A stretch of 64,000 nt of DNA from Candidatus Latescibacterota bacterium (GTDB lineage: Bacteria > Latescibacterota > UBA2968 > UBA8231): positions 416,001 to 480,000 of the forward strand of contig OZ241867.1 in the NCBI GenBank assembly GCA_965203175.1. Direction: 5' to 3'. The notes beneath the pieces are model-generated. The model did not search any database. It saw only the letters and a program-made list of their open reading frames with translations, and had not been told where the DNA came from. The translations under genes and the position numbers were made by a program. Positions 29,076 to 39,717 of the stretch are shown here, piece by piece; position 1 is the first letter of the stretch, and each line of letters starts with the position of its first letter.

Positions 29076-29107
29076 AAGGTGCAGTCGCCCTACTTCGCTG
29101 ATAAACA

Positions 29108-29140
29108 CAAAAAGGGACCTCGATTTGAGGTCCCTTTTTG
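29108..29140. terminator. Bidirectional intrinsic terminator between the ABC operon and the surface-protein array
   Basis: CAAAAAGGGACCTC-GATTT-GAGGTCCCTTTTTG: perfect stem with A/T tracts on both sides, between convergent genes. Confidence 0.85.
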
Positions 29141-29162
29141 CTAACGCGCTGTTTAGTGGTTG

Positions 29163-29456
29163 CTACTTCAGCAGTAGCATCTTCTTGACTTCGCGGAACT
29201 CGCCGCCGGCCTGCAAGCGATAGAAATACATCCCCGACGACAAGCTGTGCCCACTGTCGTTGGTCGCGTCCCACTCCACCGCGTAGCGACCCGCACTCTG
29301 ATGCTCGGCAACCAGCGTCCGCACCGGCTGACCGAGGACGTTATACACAGCCAGCTCCACGTCCGCCGCCTGCGGCAACGCATACTGGATCGTCGTCGTT
29401 GGGTTGAACGGGTTCGGGAAATTGTCCACCAAGGCGAATGCTTCAGGCCGCGTCTG
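29163..29456 (-). repeat. 294-bp C-terminal-domain repeat, copy 1 of 5 (others 32955-33248, 36627-36920, 39718-40011, 47341-47634)
   Basis: QTRP-to-stop segments have identical length, with long identical nucleotide stretches, in all five genes. Confidence 0.92.
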
Positions 29457-32400
29457 AATCACTGCCTTCGCCGCTCCTCCTGGGTCGCTCAGCGTGATCT
29501 CTACCTCGTCCCCGTCCAGCCCGTCAATCGTCCCGATCAGCCTGATGACCTCGTCGCCCTCCTCCAAGTTGTCGGCGACTGGGAGGAGGAGAAACCTTAC
29601 CGTCCCCGTTATCGAGCCGGCCGGAATCTCAATCCTAGGAGTAAATAGCGCGGCATAGTCCAAATCGCGCGTCGCCGTGGACTCGTTATCAATGGCCAAG
29701 CGCACGGTCGCGTCCTCATCCAACGCCTTGCCATCCAACGTGGCGGTCAACGCAATCGTGGTCAAAGAGGCATTTTCGTTTAACGCGTTCGGGTCCGCCG
29801 ACAGCCTAATGGACGTACTCGGCGCTTCGTCGTCCCTGATCTCGATGTCCGTCGATAGGGCCTCGCCTGTTGATACGAGCGTACCCTGCACACCCAAGGT
29901 CTTTAGGCCATCTTCATCATCGTTGTTGGTGGGAGTTATAGTCAGCGTTGTCGTCCCCTCGGTAGCACCGGCCGGAATGGTGATAAGCGCCTCCATTGTT
30001 GCCGTGTAGTCCACATCGCGCACCGCTTCCGTGCCACCACTTGGAGCCACAATAGTGAACCACACGTTCTCGTCAACTGTTACGGCGGCTTCCAAGATAA
30101 ACGTCAGCGAGATTTTCGTCGCCGCAGCGTCCTCGCGGATCACCGCAGGTGCCGCCGTCAACTCAGCGGCCATAACTCCAGATGCCTCAGCAGGATTGAC
30201 CGTGATGGAGAAAGTCAGCGTGGCCGTGACGCTGTTAGCGTCCGTCACTGTGTAAGTGATTCCAACCGCACCGTCGGTCGTTTCCGTCGGCGTGCCCCCA
30301 AGCATCCGCGTGGCCGCGTCAAATTCCAAGCCCACCGGCAACGCCGAGACGCTATACGTCAACTCGCCGGCACCGCCCGATGCCTCCGGCAGCATCCAAT
30401 CGGCTATCGCCGCATCAACCACGTACGTCTGGTCGTTGATCGAAGCACCTACTGCGAAGACCGGCACCGTTCCTGCCGCGGCTATGGTAATGGAGAAGGT
30501 CAGCGCGGCTGTGTCGTCGTCGTCGTCCGTCGCTGTGTAGGTGATTTCAACCGCACCGTCGGTCGTTTCCGTCGGCGTGCCCCCAAGCATCCGCGTGGCC
30601 GCGTCAAATTCCAAGCCCGCCGGCAACGCCGAGACGCTATACGTCAACTCGCCGTCGCCACCTAATGCCTCCGGCAGCATCCAATCGGCTATCGCCCTCC
30701 CAACCACATGTGTCTGGTCGGCGATGGCCGCGTCCGCAGCAAAGGAAGGCGCGCCACCCGCGCCGGTGTCTTGTAGCACTATATCCACAATGCCGACCGT
30801 CACCTTGGCTTCATCCCCGTCAGCATATCGGGTGATGATTTGATTGTTGGCGTACGGTACGGTCAGTCTGATGGTCTCGTCGGCCTCCACATTCTTGTCG
30901 TCAACAGGAGTGATGGTGATCGTCGTCGTCGCCGACACCGAGCCGGCCAGAATGATCAGGGGAGGGACTGTTGCCGTGTAATCTACATCGCGCGTCGCCG
31001 CCGCATCGTCATCATTCACCGCGCCGTCGCCATTAATATCCGCATCAATGGTCAAGAACACGACCACGTTATTGTCGAACACCTTCCCGTCCAACGTTCC
31101 GGTCACTGTCATAGAGGTCGTACCAGCCCCTTCGCTTATCGCGGTCGGCTCCGCCGTCAGCGAGATATTCATGCTATTCGTGTCGTCGTCGGCGATCGCG
31201 ATCGTTCTAGTCGCCAATACAGCACCGACCGTAATCTGTATATATATCGCCCCTCGCTGAGCCGCATCGGTGTCGTTCGTGGGGGTGATGGTGAACGTAG
31301 TCGTCCCCTCGGTAGCACCGGCTGGAATGGTGAGCGTCGGACCAAAGGCCAGCGTGTAATGCTCATCGCGCAGCGGAGTCTCCGTCACCGTATCGCCAGA
31401 CGGCAAAACCGCGCCAGTTGACAAAATCGTGAGATTCACCGTCTCGTCCTTGGCCGAGGCATCCGTCAAGGTAACTTTCAGCTCGATTGTCGTCTCACCA
31501 GCATCCTCGCGGATACTCTCTTGACTGAGCGTAATGGCATCGGCCGTGGCAACGATCCCCTTCTTTAGTGCTATATCCACAGGGTTGATCGTTAGCCCAT
31601 CGTCTGCAATCTGTATTCCCGGAGCGTCCGTATCAAAATCAAGAGATTCTACCCGAATCGTGCCAGGCAACTGGTTTTGGGGGGTGATGGTAATCGTCAC
31701 CATCCCCGACACCGCATTTCTTGGAATCGTCAGCGTCGCCAGTGTCACCGCGTAGTCCATATCGCGCTGCGCCTCGCGATTGTCCTCGGTCGCATCCGTT
31801 TGGTCGATATCACCATCGCCATCGGTATCAGTGTTGGGAACTTGCGTCAAGTCGGGATGATCGCCAATGACCAAGGCAAAACTCGTATCCTCGTTTAGAA
31901 CCTTTCCATCCAAGGTTGCCGTCACTGTGATATCGGTCTCATCATCGAACCTAGTTAGCTCGGCAATATCCACCGACAGCTTGATGTTTTGGCTAGCCTT
32001 GTCGTCGTCAATTAGCATAATCGTCGCCGATTCAACCGTCTTACCGCCGCCAGCATGGCCGCTGATCGCAACGGGAAGATCTTCGTCGATCACATCGTCA
32101 TTGATGGGGATGAAGGTGATTGTTTCCGTTGTCCTTTTCGCGCCAGCCGGAATCCTGAGCGTGGTTAGCTCTATCAGGTAGCGAGTATTAAGCCCCTCAG
32201 GGGGGATGCTCAAGAGCACATACGTATCCGCATCCACCGCGGTATCATCTGTCACTTCGACTGTCACTTCGACCTCGGTTTCACCGGCGTCCTCGCGCAC
32301 GCTCGCAGGATTCACCGACAGCTTCAGGTTCACCTGCACCGTTTGCTGGGCACTGCTCTCCAGTTCCTCATCGGAATCCTCCGCTACCTCGGTGGAATCC

Positions 32401-32843
32401 TCCGTATCCTCCGTTGTCGCTGGGCCGGGCACAATCGCCGTCAGGTCGCTCGCCAGGGCCCGGTCGTCCGCCGTGCATACCGCGCTGGCCGCCTCGCAAT
32501 CGACGGTCGGCGACAGGGAGATGGACACATCCGCGTTCGGCTCCGGCACAATGGTGATCTGCCAGCCTATGTTGCTGCCCTGCTGCAAGCGCCGCGCCCC
32601 TGTCACCACACCGCCGGTCACATCGAGCACATCGTCCCGCATGTTCACGTAGCTCATCTCGATTTCCTCACTGAAATGCACCTCGAACGTGAACTCGCTG
32701 CCGTCGTGCGACTCAGGTATCGCCTCAAAGCGCGCCGTCAGCGTCTGCGCCGCAGTCTCCCCGGCCCATCCCAACGCCAAACCAGAAGCCAACAGCCAAG
32801 ACAAATAGGCTAGGCGCTGCATCAACAACTTTGTATGTACCAT
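29163..32843 (-). CDS. Secreted acidic Calx-beta/putative-Ig repeat protein with FlgD-Ig/T9SS-type-A-like C-terminal domain (paralog A, 1226 aa)
   Basis: Signal peptide ending TAA|Q; Cys-pair N-terminal Ig-like domain; repeated 'RED AG.T', 'ATRD.DY', 'TITP.DD' Calx-beta-like units; two 'LP.GL.FDAATR.L.GTP' He_PIG-like units; [11 protein letters not shown]...SSGMYFYRL...KKMLLLK. Confidence 0.85.
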   Translation of the reverse strand: MVHTKLLMQRLAYLSWLLASGLALGWAGETAAQTLTARFEAIPESHDGSEFTFEVHFSEEIEMSYVNMRDDVLDVTGGVVTGARRLQQGSNIGWQITIVPEPNADVSISLSPTVDCEAASAVCTADDRALASDLTAIVPGPATTEDTEDSTEVAEDSDEELESSAQQTVQVNLKLSVNPASVREDAGETEVEVTVEVTDDTAVDADTYVLLSIPPEGLNTRYLIELTTLRIPAGAKRTTETITFIPINDDVIDEDLPVAISGHAGGGKTVESATIMLIDDDKASQNIKLSVDIAELTRFDDETDITVTATLDGKVLNEDTSFALVIGDHPDLTQVPNTDTDGDGDIDQTDATEDNREAQRDMDYAVTLATLTIPRNAVSGMVTITITPQNQLPGTIRVESLDFDTDAPGIQIADDGLTINPVDIALKKGIVATADAITLSQESIREDAGETTIELKVTLTDASAKDETVNLTILSTGAVLPSGDTVTETPLRDEHYTLAFGPTLTIPAGATEGTTTFTITPTNDTDAAQRGAIYIQITVGAVLATRTIAIADDDTNSMNISLTAEPTAISEGAGTTSMTVTGTLDGKVFDNNVVVFLTIDADINGDGAVNDDDAAATRDVDYTATVPPLIILAGSVSATTTITITPVDDKNVEADETIRLTVPYANNQIITRYADGDEAKVTVGIVDIVLQDTGAGGAPSFAADAAIADQTHVVGRAIADWMLPEALGGDGELTYSVSALPAGLEFDAATRMLGGTPTETTDGAVEITYTATDDDDDTAALTFSITIAAAGTVPVFAVGASINDQTYVVDAAIADWMLPEASGGAGELTYSVSALPVGLEFDAATRMLGGTPTETTDGAVGITYTVTDANSVTATLTFSITVNPAEASGVMAAELTAAPAVIREDAAATKISLTFILEAAVTVDENVWFTIVAPSGGTEAVRDVDYTATMEALITIPAGATEGTTTLTITPTNNDDEDGLKTLGVQGTLVSTGEALSTDIEIRDDEAPSTSIRLSADPNALNENASLTTIALTATLDGKALDEDATVRLAIDNESTATRDLDYAALFTPRIEIPAGSITGTVRFLLLPVADNLEEGDEVIRLIGTIDGLDGDEVEITLSDPGGAAKAVIQTRPEAFALVDNFPNPFNPTTTIQYALPQAADVELAVYNVLGQPVRTLVAEHQSAGRYAVEWDATNDSGHSLSSGMYFYRLQAGGEFREVKKMLLLK

Positions 32844-32891
32844 TACTCTACCTCCCCAAAAAGAGTGTTACCTGTTGATTTATAATATAGA

Positions 32892-32927
32892 AAATAGGGC
32901 CTCAAACTGAAGTTTGAGGCCCTATTT
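32892..32927 (-). terminator. Conserved hairpin after paralog B
   Basis: AAATAGGGCCTCAAACT-GA-AGTTTGAGGCCCTATTT. Confidence 0.8.
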
Positions 32928-32954
32928 CTCCGCTAGTACACAGTGTAGTAGTTG

Positions 32955-35900
32955 CTACTTGAGCAGCAGCATCTTCTTGACTTCGCGGAACTCTTCACCC
33001 GCCTGCAAGCGGTAGAAATACATCCCCGAAGACAAGCTGTGCCCACTGTCGTTGGTCGCGTCCCACTCCACTGCGTAGCGACCCGCGCTCTGATGCTCGG
33101 CAACCAGCGTCCGCACCGGCTGACCAACCACGTTATACACGGTCAACTCCACATCCGCCGCCTGCGGCAGCGCATACTTAATCGTCGTGGCCGGGTTGAA
33201 CGGGTTGGGGAAGTTGTCCGCCAAGGAAAAGGCCGTCGGCCGCGTCTGCAACGACAGCGACGCGGTCGCTCCATTGGCGTCCGTAACCGTGTACGCATAG
33301 GCGGTTTCGGCCGCCGCCGTCGGCGTCCCGACAATGGTTCGCGCGGCCGCATCAAACGTCAAGCCCGCTGGCAGGGCCGGCGACAGGCTGTAGGTCAGCG
33401 GTGCGGTGCCGCCCGATGCTGCCGGCAGCACGATGCTCTCCACGCGCTGGCCAACGACGAACTCGCGGATTTCAGCCAAGTCGTGCGAAGCCGTTGGCAC
33501 GACCTTACCGGAGGAGCCGAAAAGGTCGAAAAGATCGCCAAAAGTTGGCTCCTCTTTGACCGTGATAGAAAAGGTCACTGCGATGGTGTTTTCGGCTTCG
33601 TCAATCACCGTGTAGGTGACGGTGACTGCGTCGTCGGTCGCGGCCGTAGGCGTGCCCGAAATCGTCCGCGTGGCCGCGTCAAACGTCAGACCCGCTGGCA
33701 AGCCCGAGACACCATAACTTAGCTCACCAGTGCCGCCCATAGCTGTCGGCAACACGAGCGGGGGAATTGCCGCGCCAACCGTGTACTCTTGATTCGCGAC
33801 CGCGGCGGCAAAGCGAAAAGACGTATCCGATGAATCTGGCTCGGCCGACACCGTTGGCTCCGCTGCTGGATCGCTCAGCGTGATCTCTACTCCGTCCCCC
33901 TCCAGCCCGTCAACCACACCGATCAACCTAATGGTCTCGTCGCCCTCCGCTAAAGTATCGACAACTGGGAGGACAACAAACTGCCTCGACCCCGTTATCG
34001 AGCCGGATAGAATCACAAGCGATGCATCGGGATTGAACGACGAGGCGTAGTCCGCACCGCTCGTCGCTGTTGACCCATTATAGTCAACGGACAGGGTCAC
34101 GGTTGTATCCTCTGTCAACGCCTGACCGTCCAACGTGGCGGTCACCTCAACAGAGGTCCTGCCGTCTTGCTCGTTTATCGTGTGCGGCTTCACTGATAGC
34201 ACGATGGACGTACTCGGCGTTTCGTCGTCGGTGATCGTGATATCCGTCTGCGCTGAGTCACCTAATGCGGTTACCCGCACACCCAAGGACCTACGGCCAT
34301 CCATCTTAGCGTTGTCAAGGGGGTTGAGAGTAATCGTCCTCGTCCCTTCGGTCTCGCCTGCGGAAATGGTGATGGCCTTATCACTAGGTAGGCGTACCTC
34401 GTAATCGACATCGGGCACGGCCGGCGTGCCTGCACTTGGAGACACAAGATCGAACTGCACGGTCTCATCAGCCGGTGCGGCTTCCGCCAAGGTAGCTGTC
34501 AGGGTGATTTCCGTCGGCCCAGCGTCCTCGCGGATTGACGAATGACCTGACACCGAAATCGCGAGCGGTGGTTTAGGAGCAACCTCGATAGTGAAGCGTA
34601 GTACCGCGCTTTCGGGATTTTCCGCGTCGCCATCGAGCACCGTGTAGATAACGGAGACTGCGCCATCGGTCGCGGCCGTCGGTATCCCCGCAAGCGTCCG
34701 CGTGGCCGCGTTAAACGTCAAGCCTGCCGGTAGGGTCGAGACGCTGTACGTCGGGATGCCATCGCCCGTAGCTACCGGCAGCACGACAGGGGTAATCGCC
34801 GTGCCAACCGTGGCCGACAGATCGGCGGCGGCACCTGCAAAGGTAGGTGTTGTATCGCCTGCCGGCAGTTCCACACGCTTGCCAGCATCTTTCAGCGTTA
34901 TCGTCGCGGTATCGACCGCGATAGGATCACCATCTTCGTTTTGGGGATTGCTCGCAACCCTAAAGGTGATCGTCTCATTGGGCTCCACAGTCCCGTCGTC
35001 AATTGGGGTGATAGTGACCGTCCCCGAGCCCTGTGTCTGGCCGGCTGGAATCGTCAGAGAGGCGCGCGGGCGCACATAGTCCACATCGCGTATCGCCGTA
35101 CTAGCATCGGTCTGGAAGAGCAGGATCACGTCTTCGTCCAATGCCTTACCTGTTAAAGTTGCAGTGATCGTAACCTCAGTCGCCCCGGCGTCCTCTCTTA
35201 TCTCAGTAGGATTCGCCGACAGCTCAATGGACTGACTAAGCGTTTCGTCGTCGAGGATCGTGATCGCCGTCTGCGCCGAACCACCTGATGCGGTGGCCTG
35301 CACGCCCAAGGACCTATTGCCATCCTCCTCTTCATTATCCAATGGAGTGAACGTGAGAGTCGCCGTCCCCTTGGTCTTGCCAGCCAAAATGGTGATCGCA
35401 CTACTCGGAGGCAGTGTTGCTCTGTAGTCGACATCGCGCACGGCCGAGCCTGAGCCTGACATAATCCTGAACGTCACGGTCTCGTCAACCACTGAAGCTT
35501 TGTCCAAGGTAACTGTCAGCGCGATTTCCGTCTGTCCAGCATTCTCGCGGACCGAGGCAGGAGTCGCAGTCAGACTTGTAACACCAAGACTGGCGGTTGT
35601 TATTCTGATTTGTCCGGCAATAACATTCATGCCAGCTACATTACCCGTCAGCGTAATAATGCCAGTCCCTTGGTCCTTGGGAGTGATGGTAATCGTCGCT
35701 GTCCCCGACGCCTTGCGCCGGCGAATTTCTATCGTAGCTAGCGTCGCAGAGTAATCCGTATCGCGCCTCGCACTAGAACTAGCCTCATCAATAAGTAATT
35801 GAAAAGACACGTCGCTGGTCATCACCTTTCCATCCAATTCTGCTGTCACGACGATTTCGGTTGGACCAGCCCTCTTGCTTAGCATGGCCGGAGAAAACGT

Positions 35901-36386
35901 GAGGCGGATATTCTGACTCGCCTTGTCGTCGTCAATCAGCGTAATAGACGTCGAAAGGACCGGAGTAACACCGGCCGAGCCAGAAATCGTGATGTTAAGA
36001 TCATCAGCGATTCCGTCGTCTACATCATCGTTTCCTTTGAGATCATCATCAATAGGGGTGAAGATGATCGTCCCCGATGCCCGACTCTTGCCCTGCCGAA
36101 TGATAAGAGTGGGTAGCTCTATAACGAAGCGACTGTTGAGACCAGCCGTGCTTGGTGTCAAGTTCACATAGATATCATTAAGCACATTAGCTAATTCATC
36201 AGAATCGTCGTAATTTTTGGCTGTCACTGTGATTTCGGTCCTACCGGCTTCCTCGTGCACCCTCTCTCTGTCCACAGATAGCCGAATTTCCGCCGCCTTC
36301 ACGGGAGTCCATCCCAACACCAAACCGGCGGCCAAGAGCCAAGGCACATCGGCCAAACACCGCGTGAATAATTTCGTGCGTATCAA
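32955..36386 (-). CDS. Secreted Calx-beta/Ig repeat protein with FlgD-Ig/T9SS-like CTD (paralog B, 1143 aa)
   Basis: TTG start with AGGAGG RBS; homologous signal peptide; Calx-beta-like and He_PIG-like units; same CTD. Confidence 0.85.
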   Translation of the reverse strand: MIRTKLFTRCLADVPWLLAAGLVLGWTPVKAAEIRLSVDRERVHEEAGRTEITVTAKNYDDSDELANVLNDIYVNLTPSTAGLNSRFVIELPTLIIRQGKSRASGTIIFTPIDDDLKGNDDVDDGIADDLNITISGSAGVTPVLSTSITLIDDDKASQNIRLTFSPAMLSKRAGPTEIVVTAELDGKVMTSDVSFQLLIDEASSSARRDTDYSATLATIEIRRRKASGTATITITPKDQGTGIITLTGNVAGMNVIAGQIRITTASLGVTSLTATPASVRENAGQTEIALTVTLDKASVVDETVTFRIMSGSGSAVRDVDYRATLPPSSAITILAGKTKGTATLTFTPLDNEEEDGNRSLGVQATASGGSAQTAITILDDETLSQSIELSANPTEIREDAGATEVTITATLTGKALDEDVILLFQTDASTAIRDVDYVRPRASLTIPAGQTQGSGTVTITPIDDGTVEPNETITFRVASNPQNEDGDPIAVDTATITLKDAGKRVELPAGDTTPTFAGAAADLSATVGTAITPVVLPVATGDGIPTYSVSTLPAGLTFNAATRTLAGIPTAATDGAVSVIYTVLDGDAENPESAVLRFTIEVAPKPPLAISVSGHSSIREDAGPTEITLTATLAEAAPADETVQFDLVSPSAGTPAVPDVDYEVRLPSDKAITISAGETEGTRTITLNPLDNAKMDGRRSLGVRVTALGDSAQTDITITDDETPSTSIVLSVKPHTINEQDGRTSVEVTATLDGQALTEDTTVTLSVDYNGSTATSGADYASSFNPDASLVILSGSITGSRQFVVLPVVDTLAEGDETIRLIGVVDGLEGDGVEITLSDPAAEPTVSAEPDSSDTSFRFAAAVANQEYTVGAAIPPLVLPTAMGGTGELSYGVSGLPAGLTFDAATRTISGTPTAATDDAVTVTYTVIDEAENTIAVTFSITVKEEPTFGDLFDLFGSSGKVVPTASHDLAEIREFVVGQRVESIVLPAASGGTAPLTYSLSPALPAGLTFDAAARTIVGTPTAAAETAYAYTVTDANGATASLSLQTRPTAFSLADNFPNPFNPATTIKYALPQAADVELTVYNVVGQPVRTLVAEHQSAGRYAVEWDATNDSGHSLSSGMYFYRLQAGEEFREVKKMLLLK

Positions 36387-36563
36387 GACACAACCTCCTA
36401 AAGAAAATATGAGACCTGGATTAGAAACGGCATATTCTAACCTTGACGGAAGAAACTATTTATATGAAAAATGCAGGATAAACGAAATATATGCTACTGC
36501 CCTGCCCAACTGACCTGCCTGCTGACGCAGAGACCAAAAGAAAAGCTGCGATAAGTGAGCACA

Positions 36564-36604
36564 TGAAAATAAGGCCTCAAACTCCAATTTGAGGCCCTAT
36601 TTCA
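36564..36604 (-). terminator. Conserved hairpin after paralog A'
   Basis: TGAAAATAAGGCCTCAAA-CTCCAA-TTTGAGGCCCTATTTCA. Confidence 0.75.
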
Positions 36605-36626
36605 CTAACGCGCTGTTTAGTGGTTG

Positions 36627-39608
36627 CTACTTGAGCAGCAGCATCTTCTTGACTTCGCGGAACTCTTCACCCGCCTGCAAGCGGTAGAAATACATCCCCG
36701 AAGACAAGCTGTGCCCCCTGTCGTTGGTCGCATCCCACTCCACTGCGTAGCGACCCGCGCTCTGGTGCTCGGCAACCAGCCTCCGCACCGGCTGACCAAC
36801 TACGTTATACACGGTCAACTCCACATCCGCCGCCTGCGGCAGCGCATACTGGATCGTCGTCGTTGGGTTGAACGGGTTGGGGAAATTGTCCGCCAAGGAG
36901 AACGCTTCCGGCCGCGTCTGAACCACTGCCTTCGCCGCTCCGGGGTCGCTTATCGTGATCTCTACCTCGTCGCCCTCCAGCCCGTCAATCGTCCCGATCA
37001 GCCTGATGACCTCGTCGCCCTCCTCCACGTTGTCGGCGACAGGGAGGATAGAAAAATCCATCGTCCCCGTTATCGACCCAGCCGGAATCTCAATCACAGG
37101 AGTAAATAGCGCGGAGTAGTCCAAATCGCGCTGCGCCGTGGATTCGTTATCAATGCTCACTCTCACGGTCGCGTCCTCATCCAACGCCTTGCCGTCTAAC
37201 GTGGCGGTCACCGCAATAGTGGTCAAACCGGCATTCTCGTCTAACGTGCTCGGGTCCGCCGACAGCGCGATAGCCGTACTCGGCGTTTCGTCGTCGCTGA
37301 TCGCGATGTCCGTCGACAGGGCCGCGCCGGTTGATACCAGCGTAGCCTGCACGCCCAAAGCCTTTAGGCCCTCTTCAGCATCATCGTCGATCGGAGTGAT
37401 AGTCAGCGTCGTCGTCCCCTCGGTGGCACCGGCCGGAATGGTGATAAGCCCCTCCAGTACCACCGTGTAGTCCACATCTCGCACCGCCTCCGTCCCCTCA
37501 CTTGGAGCCACGATAACGAACCGCACGCTCTCGTCAGCCGTTGAGGCGGCCTCCAAAGTAAACGTCAGTGCGACTGCCGTCGCCGCAGCGTCCTCGCGGA
37601 TCACTGCAGGCACCGCCGTCAGTCCAGCAGCCGCAACCTCAGTTGCTAGATCAGAATTGCCCGTGATAGAGAAAATCAACGTGGCCGTGTCGTCGCCGTT
37701 GTCTGTCACCGTGTAGGTGACGGCAAGCGCACCGTCGGTCGCCGCAGTAGGTGTACCCGCCAGCGTCCGCGTGTCCGCGTCAAACTCCAACCCCGCTGGT
37801 AAAGCCGAAACGCTATATATAAGCGGCGCGTCGCCGCCTGAGGCCTCCGGCAGTACCAAGTCGGCAATCGCCGTACCAACCGCGTACGTCTGGTCGGCGA
37901 TAGCAGCGTCCGCAGCGAAGGAAGGCGCGCCACCCACGCCGGTGTCTTGCAGCGTGATGTCCACCGTGCTGACCGTCAGCGTGACATCCTCCTCGTCAGC
38001 ATATTGGGCAGTAATTTGATTGTTGGCGTCCGGCACCGTCAGCCTGATGGTCTCGTCGGCCTCCACAGTCCTGTCGTCAGTAGGGGTAATGGTGAACGTC
38101 GTCGTCCCCGACGCCGCGTTGGCCGGAATCGTCAGCGAAGGCGCGGTTGCCAAGTAGTCTACATCGCGCATCGCCGCCTCATCGTCGTCATTCACCACGC
38201 CGTCGCCATTAATATCTGCATCAATGGTCAAGAGCATGACCACATCGCTGTCGAACACCTTCCCGTCCAACGTTCCGGTCACGATAACATCGGTCGTACC
38301 GGCCCCTTCGCTTATCGCAGCCGGAGTCGCCGTCAGCCAGATATTCATGCTATTCGAGTCGTCGTCAATAAGCACTATCGTTCTAGTCGCCAATACGTCG
38401 CCGACCCTAATCTGTATATAGATCGTCCCGCGCCGAACTGCATCAGTGTCGTTCTTGGGAGTGATGGTAAACGTCGTCGTCCCCACGGTAGCACCAGCCG
38501 GAATGGTGAGCGACTCACCAAAGATCAGCTTGTAATGCACATCGCGTAGCGGAGTCTCCGTCACCGTATCACCAGACGGCAAAACAGCACCGGCTGGCAA
38601 AACCGAGAGATTCACCGTCTCGTCCCCGACCAAGGCCTCCGTCAAGGTGACGGTCAGCTCAATCGTCGTCTCACCCGCGTCCTCGCGAACCCTCTCCTGA
38701 CTGAGCGCAATGGCATCGGCCGTGGCTGTGACCTCCTTCTTTAGTGCTATATCCACGGGGTTAAGCGTTAGCCCATCATCTGCAATCTGTATCCCCGCCG
38801 CGTCCGTATCCTTATCAGGAGACGCTATCCGGATCGTACCAGGCAACTGCTTCTTGGGGGTGATGGTAATCGTCGCCGTCCCCGACACCGACCTTCGCGA
38901 AATCGTCAGCGTCGCCAGCGTCACCTCGTAGTCCACGTCGCGCCGTGCCTCGCGATTGTCCTTGGTCGCATCGGCCTCGTCCATATCGCCATCGTCATCC
39001 GCATCGGTGTTGGGGTCGCTCGTCAAGTCGGGATGATCGCCAATGACCAAGGAAAAGCTCGTATCCTCGTTTAGAACCTTGCCATCCAAGGTGGCCGTCA
39101 CCGTGATGTCGGTCGCGTCGTCGAACCTAGTTAGCTCGGCAATATCCACCGACAGATCGATGTTTTGGCTATCCTTGTCATCGTCAATCAGCGTAAGTGT
39201 CGCCGATTCAACCGTCTTATCGCCACCAGCATTGCCGCTGATCTCGATGGGAAGATCTTCGTCGATGATATCGTCATTGATGGGAGTGAAGGTGAGCATC
39301 CCCGTTGCTTTCTTCTCGCCAGCCGGAATCCTGAGCGTGGTTAGCTCTATGCGGAAGCGAGTATTAAGCCCCTCAGTGGAGACACTCAAGAGTACAGACG
39401 TATCCGCATCTACCGCAGTATCATCCGCAACTTGAACGATCACCTCGACCTCGGTCTCACCGGCGTCCTCGCGCACACTCGCAGGATTCACCGACAGTTC
39501 CAAGTCCGCCTGCCCCGCAGCCTCCCCGGCCCATCCCAACGCCAAGCTAGCACCCAGCAGCCAAGGCACACAGACCAGACGCTGCATCAATAACTTTGTA
39601 TGTAGCAT
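36627..39608 (-). CDS. Secreted Calx-beta/Ig repeat protein with FlgD-Ig/T9SS-like CTD (paralog A', about 993 aa)
   Basis: True start ATG at 39608 ([11 protein letters not shown]...), by homology with paralog A and the GGAG RBS; collinear with paralog A from [13 protein letters not shown] onward. Confidence 0.85.
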   Translation of the reverse strand: MLHTKLLMQRLVCVPWLLGASLALGWAGEAAGQADLELSVNPASVREDAGETEVEVIVQVADDTAVDADTSVLLSVSTEGLNTRFRIELTTLRIPAGEKKATGMLTFTPINDDIIDEDLPIEISGNAGGDKTVESATLTLIDDDKDSQNIDLSVDIAELTRFDDATDITVTATLDGKVLNEDTSFSLVIGDHPDLTSDPNTDADDDGDMDEADATKDNREARRDVDYEVTLATLTISRRSVSGTATITITPKKQLPGTIRIASPDKDTDAAGIQIADDGLTLNPVDIALKKEVTATADAIALSQERVREDAGETTIELTVTLTEALVGDETVNLSVLPAGAVLPSGDTVTETPLRDVHYKLIFGESLTIPAGATVGTTTFTITPKNDTDAVRRGTIYIQIRVGDVLATRTIVLIDDDSNSMNIWLTATPAAISEGAGTTDVIVTGTLDGKVFDSDVVMLLTIDADINGDGVVNDDDEAAMRDVDYLATAPSLTIPANAASGTTTFTITPTDDRTVEADETIRLTVPDANNQITAQYADEEDVTLTVSTVDITLQDTGVGGAPSFAADAAIADQTYAVGTAIADLVLPEASGGDAPLIYSVSALPAGLEFDADTRTLAGTPTAATDGALAVTYTVTDNGDDTATLIFSITGNSDLATEVAAAGLTAVPAVIREDAAATAVALTFTLEAASTADESVRFVIVAPSEGTEAVRDVDYTVVLEGLITIPAGATEGTTTLTITPIDDDAEEGLKALGVQATLVSTGAALSTDIAISDDETPSTAIALSADPSTLDENAGLTTIAVTATLDGKALDEDATVRVSIDNESTAQRDLDYSALFTPVIEIPAGSITGTMDFSILPVADNVEEGDEVIRLIGTIDGLEGDEVEITISDPGAAKAVVQTRPEAFSLADNFPNPFNPTTTIQYALPQAADVELTVYNVVGQPVRRLVAEHQSAGRYAVEWDATNDRGHSLSSGMYFYRLQAGEEFREVKKMLLLK

Positions 39609-39656
39609 TACTCGGTCTCCCCGAGAAGAGTGGTTGACTGTTGGTTTGTAATATAA

Positions 39657-39694
39657 GAAATAGGGTCTCAAACCGCAGTTTGAGACCCTATTTC
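39657..39694 (-). terminator. Conserved hairpin after paralog B'
   Basis: GAAATAGGGTCTCAAAC-CGCA-GTTTGAGACCCTATTTC. Confidence 0.8.
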
Positions 39695-39717
39695 ATTAAC
39701 GCGCTATGTAATGATTG

